Shown here in pieces: positions 49,976-60,598 of a stretch of 64,000 bases of DNA (its first letter is position 1; every line of letters begins with the position of its first letter). The notes under the pieces are model-generated. The model was not told the DNA's origin. It made no database searches and saw nothing but the letters and a program-made list of their open reading frames with translations. The position numbers and the translations under genes are program-made. This stretch comes from Batkoa obscura (taxonomy: Eukaryota). Location: positions 248,001 to 312,000 of the forward strand of contig JASVEC010000026.1 in assembly GCA_030770535.1 (NCBI GenBank). Direction: 5' to 3'.

Positions 49976-51056
49976 ATGTCTGCCGTAAGTCACATAGTTC
50001 ATAATATTAACAATATCTAACTATGTTTTTAAAATTATAGAGTCGTGAAAATCAGGTATGTTAATAAGCTGCTTGTTATAAGCATTTCCTAATACTTGAG
50101 GTTTTTAGGTTTATATGGCCAAGCTCGCCGAACAAGCTGAACGCTATGAAGGTAAATATATTTAATAACTAGATATAAGTAACTAACATCTTTTAGAAAT
50201 GGTCAACTTCATGAAGGTAAAAGAAATAGTAAATAACCAATATTAAAATTCTAAAAATTTGTTTTTTTTGTACTTATCATAGGATGTTGCTAAGGTATTA
50301 TTTTTATTATTATAATCCATTATTGTTCTAATTGGTTTAAAGCTTGATGTTGATTTGACCGTTGAAGAACGTAACTTATTATCTGTTGCTTACAAAAACG
50401 TCATTGGTGCCCGTCGTGCCTCCTGGAGAATTATCTCTTCAATTGAACAAAAAGAAGAATCCAAAGGTAATGAAGAACACGTTACCAAGATCAAGGAATA
50501 CCGTAAAAAAGTTGAACAAGAACTCTCAAATATCTGTGAAGACATCCTTGCTCTTCTAGATGACCATCTCATCAAGTCATCACCAGCTGATGCTAATGAG
50601 TCAAAGGTCTTCTACTACAAGATGAAGGGAGATTATTACCGTTATCTCGCTGAATTCACTACTGAAGATGTTCGTACCAAGGCTGCTGACTCTGCTTCTG
50701 AAGCCTACGGTAAAGCCTCTGTCATTGCCAACAGTGAGCTTGCCCCAACCCACCCAATCCGTCTTGGTCTTGCCCTTAATTTCTCAGTGTTCTACTATGA
50801 AATTATGACTTCACCAATGAAAGCTTGTGACTTAGCCAAGAGTGCTTTTGATGAAGCTATTGCTGAATTAGATACTCTTTCTGAAGATTCTTACAAAGAT
50901 TCCACTTTGATTATGCAACTCTTACGTGATAACTTAACACTCTGGCAAACTGACATAGGTGACAGTAAGTTTTAGATATCATAAATTAAGGCTTTGATTT
51001 TAATATTATTAGATCTCCAAGAGAATGCTGATGCCGACGAGAAAGCCGAAGCTTAA
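49976..51056 (+). CDS. BMH1: 14-3-3 protein, 7 coding exons
   Basis: Exons 49976-49984, 50041-50055, 50109-50151, 50197-50216, 50283-50294, 50343-50964 and 51013-51056 splice to [52 protein letters not shown]... Confidence 0.96.
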
Positions 51057-52060
51057 ATTTGAGCTAAATATTCTAGTAGAATCTCTAAACATGTCCTCTT
51101 TAAGTGATCCCAATATTATTACTAAATTGCTTCAATTTTAAGAATAAATTTATTATTTTAGTACATTCTTCATTGTAGATAGGGATTATTATAATAAATA
51201 TTTATGAATTTTTTAATAAATGTAGCTATAGTCATAAACGCAACGTTATGATTCATATATTATCAGTATTTTATATTAGATCACTTATTAAAATATTCAT
51301 AGATCACTAAAACAATAGTTTACATTGATATATAGAAGCATGTATTAAATATAACGGGTTTCATCTTTTATATAAAATTATATTGGTTATGAAAGTCAAA
51401 TAATATATAGTAAGTTACGTTATTTTCAAGTTGAATTTTAAACAATTTAAATTAGTTTATAAATAATATATAATGATGATGTAATTTGTAGTAATAATTT
51501 TAATATAAATAAAAACTGATTAATTAAACAAACGCATAAATAAAATATTAATATTTCAAAGCTTTCATTAATAAATATAAAAGTTAAATGATTATATGAT
51601 TTACTATTTAAAGTTTAGTAACAAGCTGTATGAGCTCTATATTAAGTTTGAAACTTCTTACTATGTTTGTTCCAAAACTGTCATAAAAATTTAAAAATCC
51701 ACCACTAAAGCTTGGATTGTTATTCTATTCTAATTTATAGTTTATGTAAAAATGATCTCAAACCAAAAAAATCCTTCCAAGGTTTATAGTTCTAATTCAA
51801 GTTTTAATTTGGCCTTCTATAATACTAGTATTACGTATTCAAGTTTTTTTGGTTACACCTCAGAAGTTGACTGTATGATTTATTTGTGAAGAAATTACGG
51901 AAGGCTAGTAAAAGAAAGAATATAAAAGTGGAGACCCACCAAATATTTTGTCATCAATTATAAAATAAAACTTAATCGGAGGAAGAGATAAAGGCACTAA
52001 AGGCTTAAGATCTTTTTTAAATTTATTTCAAACTTCACTATATTTAATTCTTTTTTATAA

Positions 52061-52092
52061 ATAAAATATTATGATTAATCATAATATTTTAT
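52061..52092. repeat. Perfect 32-bp palindrome
   Basis: ATAAAATATTATGATT|AATCATAATATTTTAT, just downstream of the S41 gene stop. Confidence 0.85.
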
Positions 52093-52175
52093 CAAGTTTA
52101 TTAAATTTAACAATATTTAAATAATAAAAAGCAAATCAATTAAAAAATATATTTAATCAAATCAACTATAGATAG

Positions 52176-54080
52176 TTAAATCCCAAAAGCATCTAAAGAT
52201 ACCTGTTCCCAAACTTTAAAAGGATTAAAAGCAGTTTTAGAATTATAACTAAGACGTTTATCTGCAGGAATCCAGGTAAATTCTAGTGGACGAAGTCTTT
52301 TGAATTTAGTAGAGTAAACCTCACGGGACGTAAAAGAAAATTCAGAATTTGTCTTAAATGGCTTTGGAACATCTGGGTGATTGGATAAACCTGATAACTT
52401 AACTCCAAATTCGACTAATTGGAATGGTGTACGTAATCCACCAGCCATTGATCCTACAGTAGCCTCTTGATATTTAAGCCCTCCAATTGAATAACCTTTC
52501 ACACCATGTATTTCTTGTAGCCCATTAGCTAAAAATGCGCATCCTGAATAACACACTGAATTTGATAATATTATTATATCTTCTGTTTTAAATGGTTGAG
52601 AGTTATTATTAAGTAATGGTTTTAGAGGGTTTTCAGAGCACTTGTCTTGGATCAAATTTGTATATTTGCTGTTTTTATTTAGCCCCCGATTATATATCTT
52701 GGGTTCTTTAAAGTAATCTATATTATCAATTGGAGATCCGTCTGGTTGCATAATATCCTTTTTAATATCAAAGCCAGCAGAATCAAGTGCTTTGAGCACT
52801 TCAAAGAAAATTGGATCATAATGAATATCAGCACTAAATCTATTGATTTGCGCATTAGGAAACAAATAATCTAAAATATTATAGGGATAGCATATCTGTC
52901 CTCCACCATTGTTAGTTAGTTCTAATATTAATTTACCAGCCTTATTGTCTTTTAAACTTTGAAATGCTCCGCGGATTTCAACATCCCAAAGCTTTGCATC
53001 ATTAGGTGAAAAATCAGGTATGGTAACAACACCGACTTCACCATGAAGTAAATAAGATTTTATGTATATCCCGTCAAAAAGTGGTAATAAAAAAGAATTA
53101 CTTCCTCTTGTTACTCCAAAATCAATACTTTGATCTATTTTTAATCCTTTAATATCATTTAAATCATTATTGTTTAGTTTAAGATTCTCAGGCTGGGATG
53201 TTTTCACCATATGTTGAACATAACAGAAAGACTTCATAAAATTCACGGAAAGATCATAATTTTGTGGTACTAAAACAATATAAGGAACTGTAACTCTTTG
53301 TTCTTGTCCATCTACTATAAAAGTGAAAGTTATGTTTTCTTTGTTTGGAGGGATATTTGTTGAAGCAAATGCTCCATAATTTATACCCCAGTTTCCATTT
53401 TCCTGTATAACTCTAGCTGTAGCAGAGCTGATGCGTGCATTAACATCTCTAGAGAACCCAATATATTCTTTGCTATATTCTTGAAGATACTCTAATGGTT
53501 GTAAACCATCAATAGTCACTATTTCTTTCCCAGCATACTTGGCTACCTCTACTCCAACTAACTTCCATGCTTCAATAAGTTCCTTTGAGTACTCAAGTTT
53601 TTCAAGCACTTTAACTTTAATTTCTCCCCATTGGTTTTCTTCTGTGAACACTGGAAAAGGCTGCTTAAATTCGAACATGGTGGCACAGTTCGACTTATAT
53701 CTAAGATGACCATCATATAATGAGGTGATGAATTTTGTAATTGAATTGTGATATTCATTTTCAGATTTATATGGCTTTGATACCACTTTAGCCAGTTCTT
53801 TTCTGATATTAATATTACTTGAGATCTTAAATTCAGGAGAGCGTTCAGCTATATCAATAAATACATAAAATGACAAGGTTTTGTTAATAGTATCATATAC
53901 TGAATTTTTTATTTCTGGAGTCAATTTAATCAAATTTAAACATGACATTGTATCTTGATAACTTGCTACAGGCTTTTTAGAAATTATTGCGCAGGGGTCA
54001 GCATTTTCAACTTCTGCAGAATTGATTAAAATGGGTGATAGGAGTAAGTAAATTAATAGCTTAGTAAACATTTTGTTCAT
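52176..54080 (-). CDS. Secreted S41-family (tail-specific protease-like) peptidase
   Basis: Signal peptide; LYDGHLRY, KLILELTNNGGG, IILSNSVCYSGC, YSIGG; intronless 634 aa. Confidence 0.82.
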   Translation of the reverse strand: MNKMFTKLLIYLLLSPILINSAEVENADPCAIISKKPVASYQDTMSCLNLIKLTPEIKNSVYDTINKTLSFYVFIDIAERSPEFKISSNINIRKELAKVVSKPYKSENEYHNSITKFITSLYDGHLRYKSNCATMFEFKQPFPVFTEENQWGEIKVKVLEKLEYSKELIEAWKLVGVEVAKYAGKEIVTIDGLQPLEYLQEYSKEYIGFSRDVNARISSATARVIQENGNWGINYGAFASTNIPPNKENITFTFIVDGQEQRVTVPYIVLVPQNYDLSVNFMKSFCYVQHMVKTSQPENLKLNNNDLNDIKGLKIDQSIDFGVTRGSNSFLLPLFDGIYIKSYLLHGEVGVVTIPDFSPNDAKLWDVEIRGAFQSLKDNKAGKLILELTNNGGGQICYPYNILDYLFPNAQINRFSADIHYDPIFFEVLKALDSAGFDIKKDIMQPDGSPIDNIDYFKEPKIYNRGLNKNSKYTNLIQDKCSENPLKPLLNNNSQPFKTEDIIILSNSVCYSGCAFLANGLQEIHGVKGYSIGGLKYQEATVGSMAGGLRTPFQLVEFGVKLSGLSNHPDVPKPFKTNSEFSFTSREVYSTKFKRLRPLEFTWIPADKRLSYNSKTAFNPFKVWEQVSLDAFGI

Positions 54081-55141
54081 AAAAAATATTGATTTTCTTA
54101 TATGCTTATATATATATTCAAAACCATGTTATATTATACTTAAATTTACCTATGAATAATATTGAATAACTAAAAAATATTTTAGAGTGGATTTGTAAAC
54201 ACTCAGATGCTTAATTCCTGAATCTAATATATTCCGAAAACCAAAAAAAACGAATATATAACTTAATTTATTATCACACTATCTGTTTATATTTTTGAAA
54301 TGAATATAAGAAGGCATGGCCAAGTTTTAAATTAAATAACTTAATAAACTATGCGCTATTCCACTATTTTAGACTTTTTTTAATTAGCAGAGATTTATAT
54401 CAAATTGAGAACAATTATTTAACCCAAGTTTTAGGATAAATATTGAGACACATTTATAAAACTAAATTTGTAAGTATTTTTTAGTAAAACTATTTAATAT
54501 AATAAACTACGTGAAAGCTTTCTATATGAGTTATTACTTCGAAAGGCAATCATTTATCAAGTTTTGTTTTTATAATTTAAAATCATAACTAATAAAAATC
54601 TAAAGTTTTGTTAAATTTAAGGTGTAAAGAGTTATAAAGTAGTTATTCTGTCTATTTTAACATAATAATGCTCTATAGGCTATTTCCTTACTTTATAAAA
54701 ATAGCTAACTCTTAGCCCAATTAGTCTATTGTTTAAATGTAAAACCAACTTTAACAGAGTAAAAATATATATATTTATATATATAAAGATTGATTTTCAT
54801 CACCTGTTTTACCTAGTCATCAAATTATCCACTATGATTTTTTACTGTAGCTGCTTTTCATAATTTCAAAAAACTACACTATAAAGATAACAAGGCCACC
54901 ATAAGTCCAATCAAATAAAATGTTAAACTTCATGACCATTTATTCAATTATGAATTATCATTTTCCTTTAGAATTAGAAAGTGCAAAATTAAGTAACCCA
55001 TTTTTATAAAAGAATATGTTATAATTTTTTAAACCTTAAATTTTTTATAAAAATTATTTTCATGTACAAAAGACACAAAAGCATCACTTATTGTATACCA
55101 ATCCTTTTAAAAACGAATAATATTTATATTAATAAACGTAT

Positions 55142-55425
55142 GGGGATGTTTTTTACCAATTGTCCTTTTTGCTATTTTTTTAACTTTAGAATTAACCAAT
55201 ACACTGTCCAAGCTTGGATGTATGCTAGTTAACTGTTCATTTTAAGATAAAAATTAAATTAATAAATTAAATTAATAATTTTCAAATCAGAAGAATGACA
55301 GAACAAATACCTGGTCATAAAACTTATCATTTACTAGTGCACATTCGAACTTAAACAACTGCATTAGTTAATTAATTTCTAAATTTAAAAAAAGCAAAAA
55401 AGGGCAATAGATAAAAAACATTCCT
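55142..55425. mobile_element. MITE family 2 copy
   Basis: GGGGATGTTTTTTACC...GATAAAAAACATTCCT; flanks GTAT/ATAT; homologous to 20734-20998. Confidence 0.82.
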
Positions 55426-55643
55426 ATATAAAAATAAAATTTATTGTAATTTGGAGTTTTTTACCCTTGTTTTAATTCTATTGTTTCTATAATTGAAAGT
55501 ATAAAAGTGCAACTTTTGAACTAAATTTAAATATAAGACTATTTAAAAAGAGGGCTAAATATTGAAGTAAAATGACAATAATAATGTTGACTTTCTATCT
55601 TAATTTCAATTTAGTAGAAAAAAGTACTTGTAAAAATAATGTA

Positions 55644-55716
55644 TGCTCCCTGTGGGGATCGAACCCACGACCTTGAGATTATGAGACTCACGCGCTGCCA
55701 GCTGCGCCAAAGAAGC
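55644..55716 (-). tRNA. tRNA-Met(CAT), elongator type, no intron
   Basis: GCTTCTTTGGCGCAGCTGGCAGCGCGTGAGTCTCATAATCTCAAGGTCGTGGGTTCGATCCCCACAGGGAGCA; full cloverleaf, G1-C72 and TTCG T-loop. Confidence 0.95.
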
Positions 55717-55826
55717 TATTTGTTGCTTAAATGAGTAGTAAAATTTAATAAAGATTGTTTTTTTATCTTTATTGACCAATAAATAAATCTACAATAGTTA
55801 ATGTTTTATTTTATTTTATTTTAAAA

Positions 55827-56375
55827 TATGAAATATTACTTCATAAGCTTTATAATTAATTATCACATAATAATCACTTAACTTGTTTATAAAACTAGTT
55901 GTAACCTTGTATTCAACATGGCTGTGATTCATGTGATCCGATCAATCCAAAGTTTCTTATTTAGATTTGCTATAAGAATTCCTACCGCCTAATCATGGAG
56001 AACTTATTGTCCGCATTTTAATGTCCATACTTGGCAACTACAATAAGGAATAACTGCTATCATTTTCCTTATATATAGCCATCTAGTCAGAGTATAAAAG
56101 AAATTCTTCAACATGATAACTCGAGGTTTTTTAATTGAATTATTCCCTGATATCGTACCATTAATAAAGTCACTAAGTCTTTCTAACAACATCTTACGTA
56201 GATTTTACAGTAGTATTGTCTATTCTATTTGTTTTACATAGTTCATAACCTATTGCGCACTATTCTTACTAATTTAAGTCCATCTTAGTCACATAAACTA
56301 AGACCGTCCGACTCAAGGCAGATTAATCAAGCAAGAACTACTTTTAACTCCTACCACTGAGTACCAACTTTCACA
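55827..56375 (-). mobile_element. TGT...ACA element copy D (longer variant)
   Basis: 5' end TGTGAAAGTTGGTACTCAG at 56375; 3' tail of the copy-C type with a degenerate end. Confidence 0.82.
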
Positions 56376-56377
56376 AT

Positions 56378-56474
56378 GGGGATGTTTTTTAGTTTCATTA
56401 CTTTTTCCATTTTTTAAGCGCTATTTGAGTAGAACAATTGTTAGTAAAATTCTTAAACAAAAAAACACATCCCC
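56378..56474 (-). mobile_element. MITE family 1 copy abutting copy D
   Basis: Consensus match; 2 bp from the element D terminus. Confidence 0.88.
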
Positions 56475-56863
56475 ATATTTAATTATAATATATAAAAAAT
56501 GTTATTTAAATTATTAACTATAGTAAAAAATCAAATTTTATAAAAAAATTTAATAAAAGCTTAATTTTATTTGTTAAATTTATTTAGTTAATAAAAATAT
56601 GACTTATAAGTTTTAGTTTTAATTTAAATTTAAAAAAAATAACTTATTCAAAAAAATTAAAAAATATCGAAAAAGTTTACAATAATAATAATTATAATTA
56701 TGGCTTAGTTTAAAAATTTTAAATTAAGTAACATTAACTTAAAAAATAAAAAATCTGAAAAAAAAGTTAAATAATAATTTTTTAGCTGCTTTAAATAAAA
56801 ATAATATTTATAGTATAATAAATCAATAGCAAAATGTTATAAATAGTAATAGAAAATATAAAA

Positions 56864-57327
56864 TGTGAAAGTTGGTACTCAGTGGTAGGAGTTAAAAGCA
56901 GTTCTTGCTTGATTAATTTGCCTTGAGTCGAACGGTCTTAGCTTATATAATCAAGATAGACTTAAATTAATAGGAATAACATCTAATAAGCTACGAACTG
57001 TGTAAAACAAATAGAATAGACAATACTACTGTAAAATCTACGTAAGATGTTGTTAGAAAGACTTAGTGACTTTATTAATGGTACGATATCAGGGAATAAT
57101 TCAATTAAAAAACCTCGAGTTATCATGTTGAAGGATCTCTTTTATACTCCAATAAGTATGGATATTAAAACGAGAAGATAGTATTCTTTGCAATATGAAG
57201 TTAGTAATTCTCGCAGCAAATCAAAATAAGGGACTCTGACTTGATTGTGTTTGAACTTAAGGACACAGCAACTTGAGTGATTGTTGTGTTATAATCAATC
57301 CGAGAGCTAATAAAGTAATATTTCACA
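56864..57327 (+). mobile_element. TGT...ACA element copy E
   Basis: TGTGAAAGTTGG...AATAAAGTAATATTTCACA; tail of the A/B type; flanks AAAA/AAAG. Confidence 0.85.
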
Positions 57328-57361
57328 AAAGTAAAATAATTTATTATTTAATATATTATAT

Positions 57362-57460
57362 GGGGGTTTTTTTTTTGGTTTCATCACTTTTTCCATTTTT
57401 TAAGCGCTATTTGAGTAGAATAATTGTTAGTAAAATTCTTAAGCAAAAAAATACTTCCCC
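57362..57460 (-). mobile_element. MITE family 1 copy
   Basis: TSD ATAT/ATAT. Confidence 0.9.
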
Positions 57461-57582
57461 ATATTTTAATTATCTAAATATTTATTATACTTTATTTTTA
57501 TATCAAGACTTACATTTTTTATTTATTTTATTTTTTATTGTATTTGTTTTTATTATTTTATATAGTTTATCAATAAACATTT

Positions 57583-57672
57583 GGGGATATATTTTTTTGT
57601 TTAAGAATTTTACTAACAATTGTTCTACTCAAATAGCGCTTAAAAAATAATGAAGCCAAAAAAACACCCCCC
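57583..57672 (+). mobile_element. MITE family 1 copy (small deletion)
   Basis: Flanks ATTT/ATAT. Confidence 0.88.
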
Positions 57673-57851
57673 ATATAAAATAAATATATTTAAAAATAAT
57701 TAATATATAACTATTAATTAAAATTATATTATTAAATTGCAACTTAATAATATTATATAAACTCCACTTTAGTTAGTTTTAAATTTATTATGATTTTTTA
57801 GTTACTAAAATTTAAAATTATTTAAATAACTGTTATAATATTAATTTATAT

Positions 57852-57950
57852 GAGGATGTTTTTTTTAGTTTCATCACTTTTTCCATTTTTCAAGCGCTAT
57901 TTGAGTGAAAAGATTGTTAGTAAAATTCTTAAACAAAAAAATACATCCCC
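57852..57950 (-). mobile_element. MITE family 1 copy
   Basis: TSD ATAT/ATAT. Confidence 0.9.
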
Positions 57951-58128
57951 ATATATTAGTTCTTTTTTAATAAAACATTTTTTAACTAAAATATCAAAAA
58001 TTTAAACTAAAAATTGATTTTTATTTTTATAGTTAGTTTTCCTAAAAAAAGAAAGTTATTTTTGAGAATACTAATGTCTTTTCCAATAAGTCATTTAATC
58101 TAATAAAGTAGGTTGAATAATAGCATAT

Positions 58129-58226
58129 GAGGGTGTTTTTTTTATTTCATCACTTTTTCCATTTTTTAAGCGCTATTTGAATGGAAAAACTGCTAGTAAA
58201 GTTCATAAACAAAAAAATACATCCCT
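58129..58226 (-). mobile_element. MITE family 1 copy
   Basis: TSD ATAT/ATAT. Confidence 0.9.
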
Positions 58227-58481
58227 ATATGGTGTTATTTACTAATTTGGTGCTAAAGATTATAATAAAAAGTAATTTAATAAAGGCAATAGCTTAAGTT
58301 ACTATTTTTAATATAAATAGTTTATGGCATTTAGTACTTATCTTTAATAAATAAAGTGCTAAATAAGAAGAAATTGGTGACTATTATGAATCATGTATAT
58401 AACTAGTTTATTTAGTATATACAATATCAGATCAAGCACAAAATTGTTATTATTCCCCCTTCTAGTAAATAATATAAATAT

Positions 58482-58578
58482 GGGAATGTATTTTTTTGTT
58501 CAAGAGTTTTACTAGCAGTTTTTCCACTTAAACAGCGCTTAAAAATGCAAAAAGTAATAAAACCAAAAAAACACTCTC
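58482..58578 (+). mobile_element. MITE family 1 copy
   Basis: TSD ATAT/ATAT. Confidence 0.9.
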
Positions 58579-58839
58579 ATATTTTTTTTACTTGAATATA
58601 ATTAAATAGTATGTCGAGTGTTTCGCCTAAAATGTTTTATTAAAAGTCTTATCTGGCATAATATTCTGTTTCAAATTTTAACCATGACTAATCACAATGG
58701 AGATTGGCAATGTATGCGTAGATTTTTATCAAATATTATAATGAAACTCAAATCTGAGCCTTAATTTTGGGCAGAAAGCTAACGATATAATTAATATTTT
58801 TGAGATAATATTCTTTAAGTACATTCAATTTAAAAGCTT

Positions 58840-58938
58840 GGAGATGTTTTTTTTAGTTCCATTACTTTTTCCATTTTTTAAGCGCTATTTGAGTAGAACA
58901 ATTGTTAGTAAAATTCTTAAACAAAAAAATACATCCTC
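58840..58938 (-). mobile_element. MITE family 1 copy
   Basis: TSD GCTT/GCTT. Confidence 0.92.
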
Positions 58939-59057
58939 GCTTGTTGATTGCAAATAAAGGATATTGGAATTTTCAGTTTTAAAAATCGTATTTATGGTCG
59001 CTACTTTACAAAAGTAAAGTTTTCTTTTAAAACTAATTATCTTAATATAGCTAGTAT

Positions 59058-59273
59058 AATTTAACTATTTAACGATAACGCAAAAAATTAATAAAATTTT
59101 GCAGTTTTAAATTAAATATTGCCTTATTATTCTTAAATTTAAGGTAAATTTACAAAAATCTTATTTGATTTTTTAGATTATAGTCTCAGTGTCAGGAGAA
59201 AACCCAAGACAATATTTAATTTAAAACTGCAAAATATTATTAATTTTTTGCGTTATCGTTAAATAGTCAAATT
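59058..59273. mobile_element. Foldback/MITE-like element with ~63-bp near-perfect inverted arms
   Basis: AATTTAACTATTTAACGATAACGCAAAAAATTAATAAAATTTTGCAGTTTTAAATTAAATATTG (59058-59121) is mirrored at 59210-59273. Confidence 0.8.
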
Positions 59274-60598
59274 TTATTTTGAAGAGCTAATTTAAGACGA
59301 AATCCGACTCCAAACTCTTGTATTTAAATTATATTCATTACCATACAATTTGATTAAAACTAGTTAGCGGATACTGGATTATGGTGTTTAAAGAAAATAA
59401 ATTAAGCATGGCTAAAAATTATAGAAGAAAACTCATTAGTGTTATCGGTGCACCCACTAGTAAGTATCAAGGCGGTTAAATTTACTACTGTATTGCTATA
59501 TTATTTTTGCGATTTATGACCATCTTTAGAAAACCGCTTTTTGTTACCACTTACTTTAATATGAATTTTGATTAATTGAAACTTATTCATTACATAATAT
59601 TTAGCTGTGTTTATTTGGTTGCTTATAGGCCAATCTGCTTTTCTTTTATGTGATTTCATCAATCCTTCTAGATTTTGTGGTAGTCTAATTATTTTTTAGT
59701 TTATTGGTCAAGTAAACGCAAAAATTAGTTATAGCTTGATTTCATATATAAATTATATCTTTTACTTTTAAGTTTTCAACATAATTGGCCAAAACTAAAA
59801 TTTATTTATATGTATATTTTTTTATTTAGCATAGCTTTGTCTAGTTTATTTTTGTATATTTTTACTGAATGGAATAAATTTGAATTAATAAAAATATTTA
59901 AACTTTGTTAACATGTTTAAAAAATATAGAACAAAATGCTTGAATGATTTTTTGCCGTATATAGAAAGTATCGAATCTCTAAAATAAGCATGAATATTGT
60001 TAATTAGCATTTAAATAAGCCTTTCCATTTGACTTTAAAATTTATCAACAATATACAATATTACAGTCATTTAAAAATATACTAAATTTTGTTTATAATT
60101 TATTTTTAGAGAATTTAATTTTACTTTTAATAATCGAATAAACTGTCAAATTGAGAATAATTTATTATTGTTTATACAACATTATACTATAATTATTATA
60201 ACAGTAATTATGAAGTACTTAAAGTAGTAATTTATTTTTAACTCTCAATTTTATCTTAATATGAAATCACCGCTTCTATTCTTTTAAAAACTAATATTTA
60301 ATATATCGATTTCTTTCGATATTTAATATAAAACCAATACACATCTTTACGACTTTGAGGTATTCCTTTTTATTATTAATAATAGTAAACCATTTCGATA
60401 TTTACTTAATATGAACTTGAACCTTAATTTAAAAAATATCTGATTATATTTGGATTGCATAAAGCTTCTATTTTTGGGGTTTTGTTATTAAAGTGCGCAA
60501 AAAAATAGTATAAATAGAGTTGAAATGAAATAAAAAAATTTCAATAAGCTATTGTTATTGACATCTGTAATTTAATACTGCTATCTATTTTAAAAAAA

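Noticed and set aside
10849..53758. Antisense or alternate-frame ORFs overlapping real genes (e.g. 10849-11133, 11265-11543, 17725-18009, 30759-31103, 31205-31435, 45614-45847, 50390-50575, 53558-53758)
   Set aside because: Shadow ORFs of well-supported genes, with no independent motifs.
55644..55716. Initiator tRNA-Met
   Set aside because: G1-C72 and the GTTCG T-loop indicate elongator; the initiator has A1-U72 and A54.
57273..57650. 125-aa ORF (also 4576-4818, 47594-47779, 56004-56192)
   Set aside because: Chance frames running through MITE or LTR-like repeats; only the tail of 4576-4818 is F-box relic.
56378..58938. Clustered ~100-bp repeats as a CRISPR-like or regular array
   Set aside because: Mixed orientations, irregular spacing, TIRs and TSDs identify dispersed MITEs in a eukaryote.
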